NCBI GenBank assembly: GCA_965278995.1
Contig: OZ257136.1
Location: 2,874,497 to 2,938,496 of the forward strand
Length of the DNA stretch: 64,000 nucleotides
From: Gammaproteobacteria bacterium
Lineage (GTDB): Bacteria; Pseudomonadota; Gammaproteobacteria; Ga0077536
Direction: 5' to 3'
The stretch's first letter is position 1. Every line of letters starts with the position of its first letter. The position numbers were made by a program, and so were the translations under genes. Positions 18,819 to 28,016 of this stretch are shown here, one piece after another. The notes beneath the pieces were generated by a model. The model saw only the letters and a list, made by a program, of their open reading frames with translations, was not told where the DNA came from and made no database searches.

Positions 18819-21407
18819 TCAGTCATTGTCAGGCGCCTGCAGATTGATTTGCCTTAGTGCTTGCTCCGCTTCTGGGCGCGTCGGCTGAATGTGCACCAAT
18901 TCGGTCAACAGTGCGCGGCCACTGTGAGCATCAATGTGAGCAAGGCTCATTGCCATGCGTACAAGTGGGTCGTAAGCAGGGCGGAAATCCGGACTTATCC
19001 GTAACACGGCCAGCAGGGGTTCCCGTACTTGCGCCAGCATGTCCCGTACGTCCGATGACGGTTGCACATTGAGACCAGATTCGATGAATCGATATCGTGC
19101 CTCCCGATACGCAGCGAGGCGGCGATGCCAAGTGTCGCTGGATGAGGCAGTTACCATTTCGTGCGGCCCGATGGAGAATTCCTGCAGCAGCTCGAATAGC
19201 CGCTCGCGCGGGAGCGCATCGGGCACGTACGTAATGCGTGGCGCACGATACGCTACGATCGGACGGTCGTCGGTATTGGCAGGTGCATTGCCGGCGAAGT
19301 GTCTCAGCGCTTTAGGCCCAGCGACGAAACTGCCGAGCAGGGCAAATTCATCGTCTATTCCGAAGTCGGCCATTTCCTGCTGGCGCGCGCCAGCCAGGCG
19401 GGCACGCACTTGACCGACATCGAAGCGACCATCGTCACCGCGTGCAATGAGCCCCAATACCGGCGTCTCGAGGCTGTTACTCGCGAGCAGCGCCCCGCCG
19501 TACGGATACACCGCGATAAATGATTGGACGATGCTGCGCAGCGTATTCAGGTCGAGTTGATGCAGTGGCAACCATTGGCAGAAGAGCCCTTCCTGTGCCA
19601 GCCGCCCGCGAACGGCCGCAAAATGTTCCACGGTGTACAGAGAACCAGAACCGCTGCGCGCTGGATGGAAGTTGTCGGATACGATCACATCATAGAGATC
19701 CGTACTCGTTCGGGTAAATCGCCGGGCGTCTGCCGCAATCAAATGGAGCCGTGGATTAGGGACACCAGCAGAAAATGCGCGGGTGAAATAGCGGGATGCT
19801 TCGATCACTTCCGGTAACAGTTCGACGGCGTCTACTTGCAAGCTCAAGTCTTCTGCCGCCGCCGACGCTGTCATCCCTGTACCAAGGCCCAGAAACAGCG
19901 CCCGTCTGGGTCCGGGGTGCAATAGCAGCGGCAGCAACGCTTGCCGCCCATCGACTCGACGAGTCGCGCTGCTGCCTTCTTGCTGCCGATTATTGATACG
20001 CAAGCGCGCGACACCATCGCGATCTTCGACCACGCTTACCGCAGCCAGGATCCCTTCTTGATAGCTGACGACGTGACCGCCGCTGGGAATTTCGACGAAA
20101 GCCAAAGCCGGCGCCAAAATAGCCAGTGACAGCACCGCTACTGTGGGCATCCATACCATAGGTGTGTACCACGCGCGCGCTGAGGTCACTGCTAAATAAC
20201 TGGCGCTAATCAGCAATAGCGCCAACTTAGGTCCGAAGGCGGGAAACACCAGCAGACCGAAAAGAAGCGGAGCAGCAGTCGCTCCCAGCATGTTCACGCC
20301 GAGTGCACGTCCGAATGTGATGCCAGCCATGCTTGCCTGGGCGCTCAGGTGACTGAACACGGCGCCCATCACCAATGTAGGTAGCCCGAAGGCGAGCAGC
20401 GCCAATATCGCTTCAGCAGCGATGTCCGAGGTCATGCTGGCGCCGAACCCCTGAATCAGCAGCGATTTCACCTGTTCAGCCGCCCATAGACTTGTCGTTC
20501 CTACGAGGCAAGCTGCTGCCAACGCGCACAGCAGTCGATCCCCAAGTAAAGTTGCATCGACGTCTCGCACGTGCCATCGATGATACGCAGTAGCACCGAG
20601 CGCACTACCCACCAGATACACGGCGAGCAACATGGCGAACGTATAAACAGTGTCCTCTGTCACTTGACTCAGCACCCGCACTACGAGCACTTCGTAACCG
20701 ATCCCAAGCAGACCTGTAAGTGTCAGTTGAACAAGGACGCCCCGTCGGACCGTCGGGGACCGTGTCCCCTGGTTCAGTCCTGCGGGCGAACTCTCGCGGA
20801 AGAAAATCAGGCATGCCACAGCGCAAAATACGTTCAGACTTATACAAACGCCTGCGGTACGGGCAAGACCATGATCGGGTATCAACCAGAACGCAGTAGC
20901 GAGTACACCCATCACCGCACCGAATGTGTTGCTGGCATATAGCGCAGCAATAGACCGCGTTTCGATACGCCAATTCGTTGTTAAGCGCTCCATCGCCGGC
21001 AGTGTTGCCCCCATTGCAGCCGTGGCGGGCAGAAGCATGACGAAGGTCCCGCAAAATGCCACTACCCACTGCACCGCCGGCGTCGGTTGTGCGCCAGTGA
21101 TGCCCACCAACCAACCACTGAAGGACGCCATCCCAAACACCAGCACTAAACTCCAGAAGGCGATGATCAGTTCGCATCCCGCGTACCACCACACGGGCCG
21201 ACTGCTGCTTTCGATGCGCTGACCGAGCGCCGAGGCCCCGATAGCCAGGCCACCAAAAAACGCGGTAATCACCGCCAACACGGCCGCGGATTCGTGTCCC
21301 AGCCACAGGGCACACTGCTGCGTCCAGACAATCTGATAGCCAAGCCCGGCAAAGCCGGAGGCAGCCATTAAAAGCAGTGCCGCTCGCGGGCTCAACACAG
21401 GAACCAT
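18819..21407 (-). CDS. Fused polytopic membrane (MFS-like) and spermidine/spermine-synthase-fold protein
   Basis: The N-terminal ~480 aa has many transmembrane helices. The C-terminus has aminopropyltransferase-like motifs (ALFLGLGTGMTA, DVIVSDNFHP). The start is set at MVPVLSPRAALLLMAASG. Confidence 0.7.
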   Translation of the reverse strand: MVPVLSPRAALLLMAASGFAGLGYQIVWTQQCALWLGHESAAVLAVITAFFGGLAIGASALGQRIESSSRPVWWYAGCELIIAFWSLVLVFGMASFSGWLVGITGAQPTPAVQWVVAFCGTFVMLLPATAAMGATLPAMERLTTNWRIETRSIAALYASNTFGAVMGVLATAFWLIPDHGLARTAGVCISLNVFCAVACLIFFRESSPAGLNQGTRSPTVRRGVLVQLTLTGLLGIGYEVLVVRVLSQVTEDTVYTFAMLLAVYLVGSALGATAYHRWHVRDVDATLLGDRLLCALAAACLVGTTSLWAAEQVKSLLIQGFGASMTSDIAAEAILALLAFGLPTLVMGAVFSHLSAQASMAGITFGRALGVNMLGATAAPLLFGLLVFPAFGPKLALLLISASYLAVTSARAWYTPMVWMPTVAVLSLAILAPALAFVEIPSGGHVVSYQEGILAAVSVVEDRDGVARLRINNRQQEGSSATRRVDGRQALLPLLLHPGPRRALFLGLGTGMTASAAAEDLSLQVDAVELLPEVIEASRYFTRAFSAGVPNPRLHLIAADARRFTRTSTDLYDVIVSDNFHPARSGSGSLYTVEHFAAVRGRLAQEGLFCQWLPLHQLDLNTLRSIVQSFIAVYPYGGALLASNSLETPVLGLIARGDDGRFDVGQVRARLAGARQQEMADFGIDDEFALLGSFVAGPKALRHFAGNAPANTDDRPIVAYRAPRITYVPDALPRERLFELLQEFSIGPHEMVTASSSDTWHRRLAAYREARYRFIESGLNVQPSSDVRDMLAQVREPLLAVLRISPDFRPAYDPLVRMAMSLAHIDAHSGRALLTELVHIQPTRPEAEQALRQINLQAPDND

Positions 21408-21438
21408 GATGGAAGTCCGGTAGATAACCGGCCTGGCC

Positions 21439-22086
21439 TCAACCACTGAACTTGATCGTGTAACCCCACGAGTCCAGCTGGGCCGGAATGGCATTGAACG
21501 ACAGCGTGATGCGCTGCTTGCCTTGATTGGGCGGGACCGCGTGCATGAGAAAACTCGGAAACAGTGCAAGGTCGCCGGGGAAAGGCGCTGGACTGATCCA
21601 CTTATCGGCATTGAACTCGTTCGGCGTCATACGTCCGTGGTCATTTTTAAACAGGAAATCCGTGCCGCCTGGAGATTTCATGAAAACGGTCTGCGATCCG
21701 GGATGCGTTGCCGTCAAATACACCACGCCCGAGATGAAACTATTGGCGTGGTTGTGCATGGCCTGCCGACCGCCCGTCTCCAGTACATTGACCCACATCT
21801 CTTTCAGCGACCAACCCATGCGCTCGCCGAAGAGTAAAGCTCCGAAGTCGATAATCTTCGGGGTGATCAGCGCCGCAGCTTTGACGAACAGCGGATTATC
21901 GCTCGGGCGCAGTATCTCGGTGTGGGAAAGATTAGAGGATGAACTGTTGCCACGTGTTGCCAATGTGGAAAAGTGTTCAATCAACCCTTTCACCAGTGAA
22001 TGATCCAACACTGAGGGTGCCCGCATGAAGGGGATGGGGAAGAGCGGGATTACTTCATCCATCTTTTTTTTCATTGGACTTGCCAT
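21439..22086 (-). CDS. Fe(II)/2-oxoglutarate oxygenase-like protein (TIGR02466-like family)
   Basis: The motifs HNHANSFISGVVYL and SFLMHAVPPN give an HxD/H...H arrangement. The assignment is by family resemblance only. Confidence 0.55.
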   Translation of the reverse strand: MASPMKKKMDEVIPLFPIPFMRAPSVLDHSLVKGLIEHFSTLATRGNSSSSNLSHTEILRPSDNPLFVKAAALITPKIIDFGALLFGERMGWSLKEMWVNVLETGGRQAMHNHANSFISGVVYLTATHPGSQTVFMKSPGGTDFLFKNDHGRMTPNEFNADKWISPAPFPGDLALFPSFLMHAVPPNQGKQRITLSFNAIPAQLDSWGYTIKFSG

Positions 22087-22165
22087 TGTCTCTGAATATG
22101 CACCAGTGGCGGGAATAATCGGCAAAACGTTCGTCGATAGTGCAACCCGCAACAGCGTTTGCACG

Positions 22166-23113
22166 CTAGCTTAAAATTGCCGCAACTCGCAGCCACGACC
22201 AGTACGCCGCCAGAGAGCCGATACCGTATAACAACGGAAGGCGGCCGCGCTCGACCAGCGGCCACCGCCGAAGTGCGCGCCAGATTAGCCACGCTGTTGC
22301 TACTGCCAGCAGCTGCCCGATCTCGACACCGATGTTGAAGGTCAGCAATGCGGTTGGCAGATAGTTCTGCGGCAGGCCGACTTCCTTCAGTGCGCCAGCA
22401 AAGCCCAGACCATGCATCAGTCCGAAGAGGAACGCCACTGCGGCGGGCCAGCGTTTCGATAAAGACTGGCGCTGCTGCAAGGCCTCTGCGACGACCAGCA
22501 CTATCGAGAGCGCGATGGTGGCTTCCACCGGGGGCGACCGCAATGTCAGCCAGCCCAGAGCGGCACTTGCGAGCGTAAGGCTATGCGCCGCGGTGAACGC
22601 TGTGATGGTCCACACCAGTTGACGCCGGAAACCGACAAGTACCAACAGGCTGATGACAAACAGCAGGTGGTCGATTCCACCTAAGATATGTTCCACACCT
22701 AATACTGTGTACGCCGAAGCAATCTCACCTCTGCCGCGCCGATCGTCGGCAGAACCGTACAACCGTACCGTCGGCTGGCCCGCCGTCAACGTATAGACGT
22801 GTGATTTTCCGTCCAGCCAGAAGATTTTCACGAGTGCGGCAGAATAACGCTTGCCCACTCCTTTGATTGCCAGCATACCCTGCAGTCCGCCGTCGCCACA
22901 GCGCAGCACATTGGGCTCAGCGCGGCAGCCCTCGGGCCACATCGGCTTCAGATCCGCAATGGCTGCGCCTTTTTCGCTCGCCGTCCATTGCCACACGAAG
23001 GTGCCGTGCGACGTTTCGCGAAGCTGCATCTCGGCCATGCTCATTTCGTGCGCCGCCGCTACGCCGCTCAGCATGAATACCGCCAACAACGCGAAGCGGA
23101 GCAAACCGGTCAC
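22166..23113 (-). CDS. HupE/UreJ-family membrane protein with a ~140-aa N-terminal periplasmic domain
   Basis: There is a signal peptide. The motifs GIDHLLFVISLLVLVGF and LMHGLGFAGAL are typical of HupE/UreJ. Confidence 0.65.
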   Translation of the reverse strand: MTGLLRFALLAVFMLSGVAAAHEMSMAEMQLRETSHGTFVWQWTASEKGAAIADLKPMWPEGCRAEPNVLRCGDGGLQGMLAIKGVGKRYSAALVKIFWLDGKSHVYTLTAGQPTVRLYGSADDRRGRGEIASAYTVLGVEHILGGIDHLLFVISLLVLVGFRRQLVWTITAFTAAHSLTLASAALGWLTLRSPPVEATIALSIVLVVAEALQQRQSLSKRWPAAVAFLFGLMHGLGFAGALKEVGLPQNYLPTALLTFNIGVEIGQLLAVATAWLIWRALRRWPLVERGRLPLLYGIGSLAAYWSWLRVAAILS

Positions 23114-23982
23114 TTCGTGGCGGTCTCGGTTTTCACGTTGTACTTCTTAGCTAACGCGCGCACGGCAGCAGTGCGTTGTTCGGCCATAGTGGCGTCGGTC
23201 CAGTCCTGCAATACCACACCGCGCAGACGCTCGAATACTGCTGGCTTGGATGGAGTCATCAAATCAAGTCGGATCGCGCGCCACCCCTCACGCGTCGAAT
23301 ACGCTCGCCATTCGCCCGTCGGCGATTCTCCGAGCATCTTCGCGAATTCAAGGCCATAGCTCTCAGTGAGGTTCGCCTGCGGTCGCCCCTTGAAGACCCG
23401 CAACCCGGCCTCCGCCTCAGCCGGCGCTCCGGCATTCAGACTTTTGACAAAGGCGCGCACCGTCACTTCAGTGGCGTCGCCGGCGAGCACTGCCTCCTCG
23501 AAATCGTAGCGCGCTGGCTCGTCGTATTGAGTACGGCGTATTTCAAACCATTTGCGTAGGAGTTTGTCGTCGAATGGCGGCAGTTGGACATTCGCATCGA
23601 TGACACTGAGGGCCTTGAAGATTATCCGCTGCCGGATGGCATCATCGCCCTTGTCCACCTGCAGCGCCAACCCTTCACGATAAAGCACCTCATTGTCGAG
23701 CCAGACCTGCCGCAGCGCGTCCAATTCCGCCTTGGTGGGATCCCGGCCGCGCGAAGCCTTGAACACCTGCCTGGATTCCTTGTCGACGTCGGCGCCAATC
23801 ATGATCGTCTGCGGATCATCCACGCTTTCGAGCAAAAAGTGATCGAACGCGAACAGCAAGCCGCCCAGCACGATGAAATGGACGAGCGGCTCGCGCAGCC
23901 AGTTAGGCCAACGCATTTTGCGACGTACCACAGCGGTGTCGTTGAAGAGGGCAGTCGAGAGCGGAGTTGGCATGTTTGTCAT
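23110..23982 (-). CDS. Membrane-anchored hypothetical protein (single N-terminal transmembrane helix; SurA-N/PpiC-like region possible)
   Basis: It is translationally coupled to its neighbours: its stop overlaps the next start, and its start overlaps the upstream stop. The function is not established from sequence. Confidence 0.45.
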   Translation of the reverse strand: MTNMPTPLSTALFNDTAVVRRKMRWPNWLREPLVHFIVLGGLLFAFDHFLLESVDDPQTIMIGADVDKESRQVFKASRGRDPTKAELDALRQVWLDNEVLYREGLALQVDKGDDAIRQRIIFKALSVIDANVQLPPFDDKLLRKWFEIRRTQYDEPARYDFEEAVLAGDATEVTVRAFVKSLNAGAPAEAEAGLRVFKGRPQANLTESYGLEFAKMLGESPTGEWRAYSTREGWRAIRLDLMTPSKPAVFERLRGVVLQDWTDATMAEQRTAAVRALAKKYNVKTETATK

Positions 23983-24708
23983 TCACATCGTAAATGCGAG
24001 CTGGCAGGAAGTCCCGAAGCTGAAAATACCCGTGCGTCTATTCGGAGACGGCAGCAGGCGATCCCGGTCAGCGATCACCATCGCCAAACTGCGCATTCTC
24101 TCCTTGTGCAGCAATCTCAAACCAAAAACGATCAACATCGCCAGCAACGGTGCGGACGGTGCCAGCGGAATCTGACGCGTGCTTGCTCCACTTGCATCAG
24201 CAGTCACCACAAAATCCAGACCGTAGGAGGTCGGGCCGCCGGTCTCCTGCACCCACACGGAATACATACCGCTCGGATGCCCGGCGCCGAAGCCAATGGC
24301 AGGAAGAATGTCGGTACCGACATGCTCATAGCTGTAGTGAGCGAAACCCAGCAGATTCTCGACGCCTGCACCCGAGGGTGACACCGTAATCTGCGGGCCC
24401 GCTTGCAGGGCGATGAACGATGCGCCTCCCGATACGGTCGTGCTGCCCGCAAGAATGAGCGACGTCAGGCTCGATCCAGCAGGCACCGCGAACGTGAAAT
24501 AGTCGCGATCGACTCCCTGCCCGTTATTTCCCGTGGCACCGAGTACGCTATTCACGCCGGGCGTGACGACCAGCGCAGTGGGCGCCAGACCGTTATTGGA
24601 AAAATCACCGTCGCTGTCTTCGTTCCAGACGGTAACGCCGTGTGCCGCAAACGCTCCGCCCACGGCAAGCATCACTGCCAGAAGTTTCGTGCCAGGTCCC
24701 GGTTTCAT
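23983..24708 (-). CDS. Secreted PPC-like-domain protein with an internal PEP-CTERM-like segment (IPLAPSAPLLAMLIVFGLRLLHKER) followed by a ~40-aa extension
   Basis: There is a signal peptide MKPGPGTKLLAVMLAVGGAFAAHG. DRDYFTFAVPAGSSLTSLIL resembles a pre-peptidase C-terminal domain. The sorting-like segment is not at the extreme C-terminus. Confidence 0.5.
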   Translation of the reverse strand: MKPGPGTKLLAVMLAVGGAFAAHGVTVWNEDSDGDFSNNGLAPTALVVTPGVNSVLGATGNNGQGVDRDYFTFAVPAGSSLTSLILAGSTTVSGGASFIALQAGPQITVSPSGAGVENLLGFAHYSYEHVGTDILPAIGFGAGHPSGMYSVWVQETGGPTSYGLDFVVTADASGASTRQIPLAPSAPLLAMLIVFGLRLLHKERMRSLAMVIADRDRLLPSPNRRTGIFSFGTSCQLAFTM

Positions 24709-24780
24709 TGCAGATTGCTCCCAAGAGAAAGGCGCCGCGCGGATTCCGCGCGCCGCCTTTAGTAAGACGCGTGGGAGGGC

Positions 24781-27018
24781 TTACAACGCGCCGAGTATTA
24801 CCGTCCCACCCGTTACCTGGATGTAGATTGGGTTGCTGTAGAACCACAGATCAGCCCAGGCCGCCAGGTCGTTGGCCACATACTTCTGGCCACTGACGGT
24901 TGGCAAGTGTGCGGGGCAACCATCGATCGCTACGCCCGCGTACACCGTGCCGTTGGCGGGGACGGTGGTGCCGGTCACGGTACACGGGATCTTGAGGTTG
25001 GCCGTGTTGCTGGCGTTGGTATAGAGGTCCGGCAACGGGTTGCCGCTGGCATCGGTTTCGAACGGCACGGCAGCAGGCAGGTTAGTGCCGCGCAAGCGAA
25101 CGTACTGGGACGCCGAAACCGCAGGGATGCGGTAAGTCATCTTGAGGTACTGGGTGCCACCCGAACTAACTGCCACCCATGGCGTGGCGCCGTTACCGTT
25201 GAACGTCTTGATAACGGCGGCAGTCGTGTTCTTGGCCGCAGCCGGTACCGTCGCGATATTTGGATTGGCAAGCCAGGTGTTGGGCCAGGCGCCCGAATAA
25301 TCGGCCGTTCCCGGTGTCTTGTAGCCGGTTACCAGGCCCCGAATGACGTCGATGTGATCGAGTACAGGCGCGTTCACGGGCTGATTGACGCCGATTTGAG
25401 CCAACGACGGATTAGCGAAAACGTACGGTGAGTAGTTGGTCCCTGCCGGATCGCGTACGACGACCGACACCACGATTTCTGAACCTGCACGGACGGGGAG
25501 TTTCTCGCCCATCGTCGCGCAGCCGGCTTTATTGTCGATGCCCGTATTACCCGTCGCAGCGGCGATTGCCAGCGCTTCCACTGCCGCATTGGTACGGAAG
25601 GCTGCGCCCGGGTAGGACGCACAAGCAACGAATGCCAGGCGATCGATTAATTGTCCGTTGGCAGTGAAGCTGTTACCTGTGCGCAAGCCATCGACAATTG
25701 TTTGCGGTCTCAGCTTGTCGGCACCGTTGCGCACCATCGCGTAATCACGTTGATACTCACCGGGGTAGAAATCTTGCGTCGATCTGCGATCGTCGGGACT
25801 GAACACCCCGCGGTTGTGCCAGTCGGAACTTGCGAAGAACCAAAAGTTACGCCCTTCTCCGAGCAAGGCATCCCATACGCCACCGACGTAGGCGCCATAG
25901 ACACCGGTACCGCCATAGGTCGTGCCGCCAACGGAATCGACCAGGACGCCGCCTATGTTGTTCCGATTGGGCGAGTACTCGCCTCGATTATCTGAAGCGT
26001 GGTGACCCGGCTGCGTCTCCATGCCGAAAGCGACTTGCGGCGCGGCATTGTTGAAGTTGCGCAGATGCTCAATATTGAAGCCGTTGTTGCCGTCGGGATT
26101 GAACGGCCCGGCGCGTTCGAGGTGGGCAGGGACGTAGTAGCTTCCAGTCGGATGCTTCTCAACCATCCACTTCAATGCTTCGACTGTCTTGTTGTGTCCG
26201 CGCGTGCCGTTACCGGCGCCGCTGGCGGGTACAAGCTTCTTGGCGCTGTCGTTCCAGCTTGGATCGGCCACATTCAGGCTGCCAGTAACAGAGCAATCCC
26301 AGTTGTTGCCTTCACTCGTGCCGGTGGTGTTGCCACGGCTCGTGTCCGTGTCATTGCGGTCGAAGCAGTACTCCCACTGGGCCAATGCCGTAGCATTACC
26401 AAGACCGGTATAGCGAGAGCCGCTCGCGTTCGGTTCGGTCGGCAGAACAGCAGTATCCAGGGCCATCGGAATCTGGCCTGTAATGACAGCCATCGACGTG
26501 TGTTCATGCCCTGGCACAACCGTTTCGACACCGATGAACATCGGCTCGTTCTTCAGTGCGGCCAGATACTCGACGACGGGATACTGGAATTCCTGCACCG
26601 ACTGCCAGCGCCACATATTACGATTCACGCCGCTGCCAGAAACATTGCCCTTGACCGTAACGCCGCTGTTGACCCAGGTCGTTGTCGGCCCTGACCCGGC
26701 GATTAACGGATACGCCGGTGTGTCGAGCGTGGCGTCCTCGGTCAGTGTGCAGTTGCGATTGCCGCTGCCGCCGTGGCCCGCTTGCACGAACCAATCCAGG
26801 CCCCACGGGGTGTCCAACTGGTCGGTCGATTTTTTTATCAGCTTCTGCATCGAAATCGAGCCGTCCGAGCAGGTCGTATGGTTATGAAAGTCGCCCGCTA
26901 CGTATTTGCCTGGCGTCTTACCTGCTGCCTTCGTAACGGTAGGCGCGGTAGCCAGAGCGGTGGTGCCGATAGCCGCGACCGCCGCGAGGGCGATGTGGCG
27001 CTTGAATCCAGTTTTCAT
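24781..27018 (-). CDS. Large secreted PHP-domain metal-dependent phosphoesterase-like protein (745 aa)
   Basis: There is a signal peptide. PHP motifs present: GDFHNHTTCSDGS, PGHEHTS, QPGHHASD and SSDWHNRG. Confidence 0.65.
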   Translation of the reverse strand: MKTGFKRHIALAAVAAIGTTALATAPTVTKAAGKTPGKYVAGDFHNHTTCSDGSISMQKLIKKSTDQLDTPWGLDWFVQAGHGGSGNRNCTLTEDATLDTPAYPLIAGSGPTTTWVNSGVTVKGNVSGSGVNRNMWRWQSVQEFQYPVVEYLAALKNEPMFIGVETVVPGHEHTSMAVITGQIPMALDTAVLPTEPNASGSRYTGLGNATALAQWEYCFDRNDTDTSRGNTTGTSEGNNWDCSVTGSLNVADPSWNDSAKKLVPASGAGNGTRGHNKTVEALKWMVEKHPTGSYYVPAHLERAGPFNPDGNNGFNIEHLRNFNNAAPQVAFGMETQPGHHASDNRGEYSPNRNNIGGVLVDSVGGTTYGGTGVYGAYVGGVWDALLGEGRNFWFFASSDWHNRGVFSPDDRRSTQDFYPGEYQRDYAMVRNGADKLRPQTIVDGLRTGNSFTANGQLIDRLAFVACASYPGAAFRTNAAVEALAIAAATGNTGIDNKAGCATMGEKLPVRAGSEIVVSVVVRDPAGTNYSPYVFANPSLAQIGVNQPVNAPVLDHIDVIRGLVTGYKTPGTADYSGAWPNTWLANPNIATVPAAAKNTTAAVIKTFNGNGATPWVAVSSGGTQYLKMTYRIPAVSASQYVRLRGTNLPAAVPFETDASGNPLPDLYTNASNTANLKIPCTVTGTTVPANGTVYAGVAIDGCPAHLPTVSGQKYVANDLAAWADLWFYSNPIYIQVTGGTVILGAL

Positions 27019-27077
27019 CGAGCCTGCTCCTGTGTGGGTGTTGAGATTGAGAGCGACGAAGAGCCTATCGATTCACG

Positions 27078-27104
27078 GTGACATCGATATGACATATCGG
27101 TGAC
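27078..27104. promoter_or_regulatory. Three direct TGACA repeats spaced 10-12 bp apart (TGACAtcgatATGACAtatcggTGACA), upstream of divergent secreted-protein genes. This is a candidate regulator binding site.
   Basis: Read directly in the sequence; the repeats are phased by about one helical turn. Confidence 0.3.
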
Positions 27105-27260
27105 ACGGCGAGACTGTTTGGCTGGCGACTATCCGATGCAATGGAAGGCCGATGTGTTTCATCGGCTTGTAATACACACGAGAGAATATCCACTCGCACA
27201 CTCGGGCGTCGCGCGTGCGGAATACAAATTATCAATCAGCACTCTGACAGGATACTCACT

Positions 27261-27893
27261 ATGAAACTCAGCCGACTCTTTGCAGTGGCCACTTTGAGCG
27301 CTATGGCTGCCAGCCCAACTTTCGCCGCACAGTTCACTGTTGATTTCGAGAAGAACTGGGACTATCTCGACGGCGACATCAACGGCTACTACAATGGCGG
27401 TACCGCGGCTGACGGAACAACCGGTGCCAATCTCGGCGTTTCATTCGTGGGCGTATCAGGCTTATCCAACGATCTCGACTTCACTTACTACACCGGGGCT
27501 CCATCGCCGCAGGGCACAGCATATGCCCACACGTTCGCGCCTGAAGACCTTGCATTCATGAACGTCGCAGCCGGTGTCGACAACGCGCTCTCGTTCTATT
27601 ATTCGAGCCCGGGCGATGCGCTCGGCGCAGTGAAAGCCTACTCCGGCTTGAATGGCACAGGCACACTGTTGGGCACGCTAGATCTGGCGGCAAATACCAC
27701 TGGTGGCTACGACGTATGGACACTCGTGACGTTCGCGTTCACCGGCACCGCCCTGTCGTTTGATCTCACTGGCAGTGCCAATCTGGTCGGCCTGGACGAT
27801 ATCAGCGCGGTCCCGGTGCCGCCGGCACTGGTCCTGCTGGCTTCTGCCCTGCTCGGCATTCCGGCAGTACGCCAACGGATCAACCGGACGTAG
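27261..27893 (+). CDS. Secreted PEP-CTERM-like (VPVP variant) protein
   Basis: There is a signal peptide MKLSRLFAVATLSAMAASPTFA. The C-terminus is AVPVPPALVLLASALLGIPAVRQRINRT. Confidence 0.75.
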   Translation: MKLSRLFAVATLSAMAASPTFAAQFTVDFEKNWDYLDGDINGYYNGGTAADGTTGANLGVSFVGVSGLSNDLDFTYYTGAPSPQGTAYAHTFAPEDLAFMNVAAGVDNALSFYYSSPGDALGAVKAYSGLNGTGTLLGTLDLAANTTGGYDVWTLVTFAFTGTALSFDLTGSANLVGLDDISAVPVPPALVLLASALLGIPAVRQRINRT

Positions 27894-28016
27894 CCCACCT
27901 ACTCTCAGGCCATGAGAACACCGGCGGAACTGCGGACTGCGTCACCTGCACGTGACGTAGTCCGCAAGTAGCTGCAATTCGGATATTGAATCGGGTGGTA
28001 AATGACGGCGGATGTT

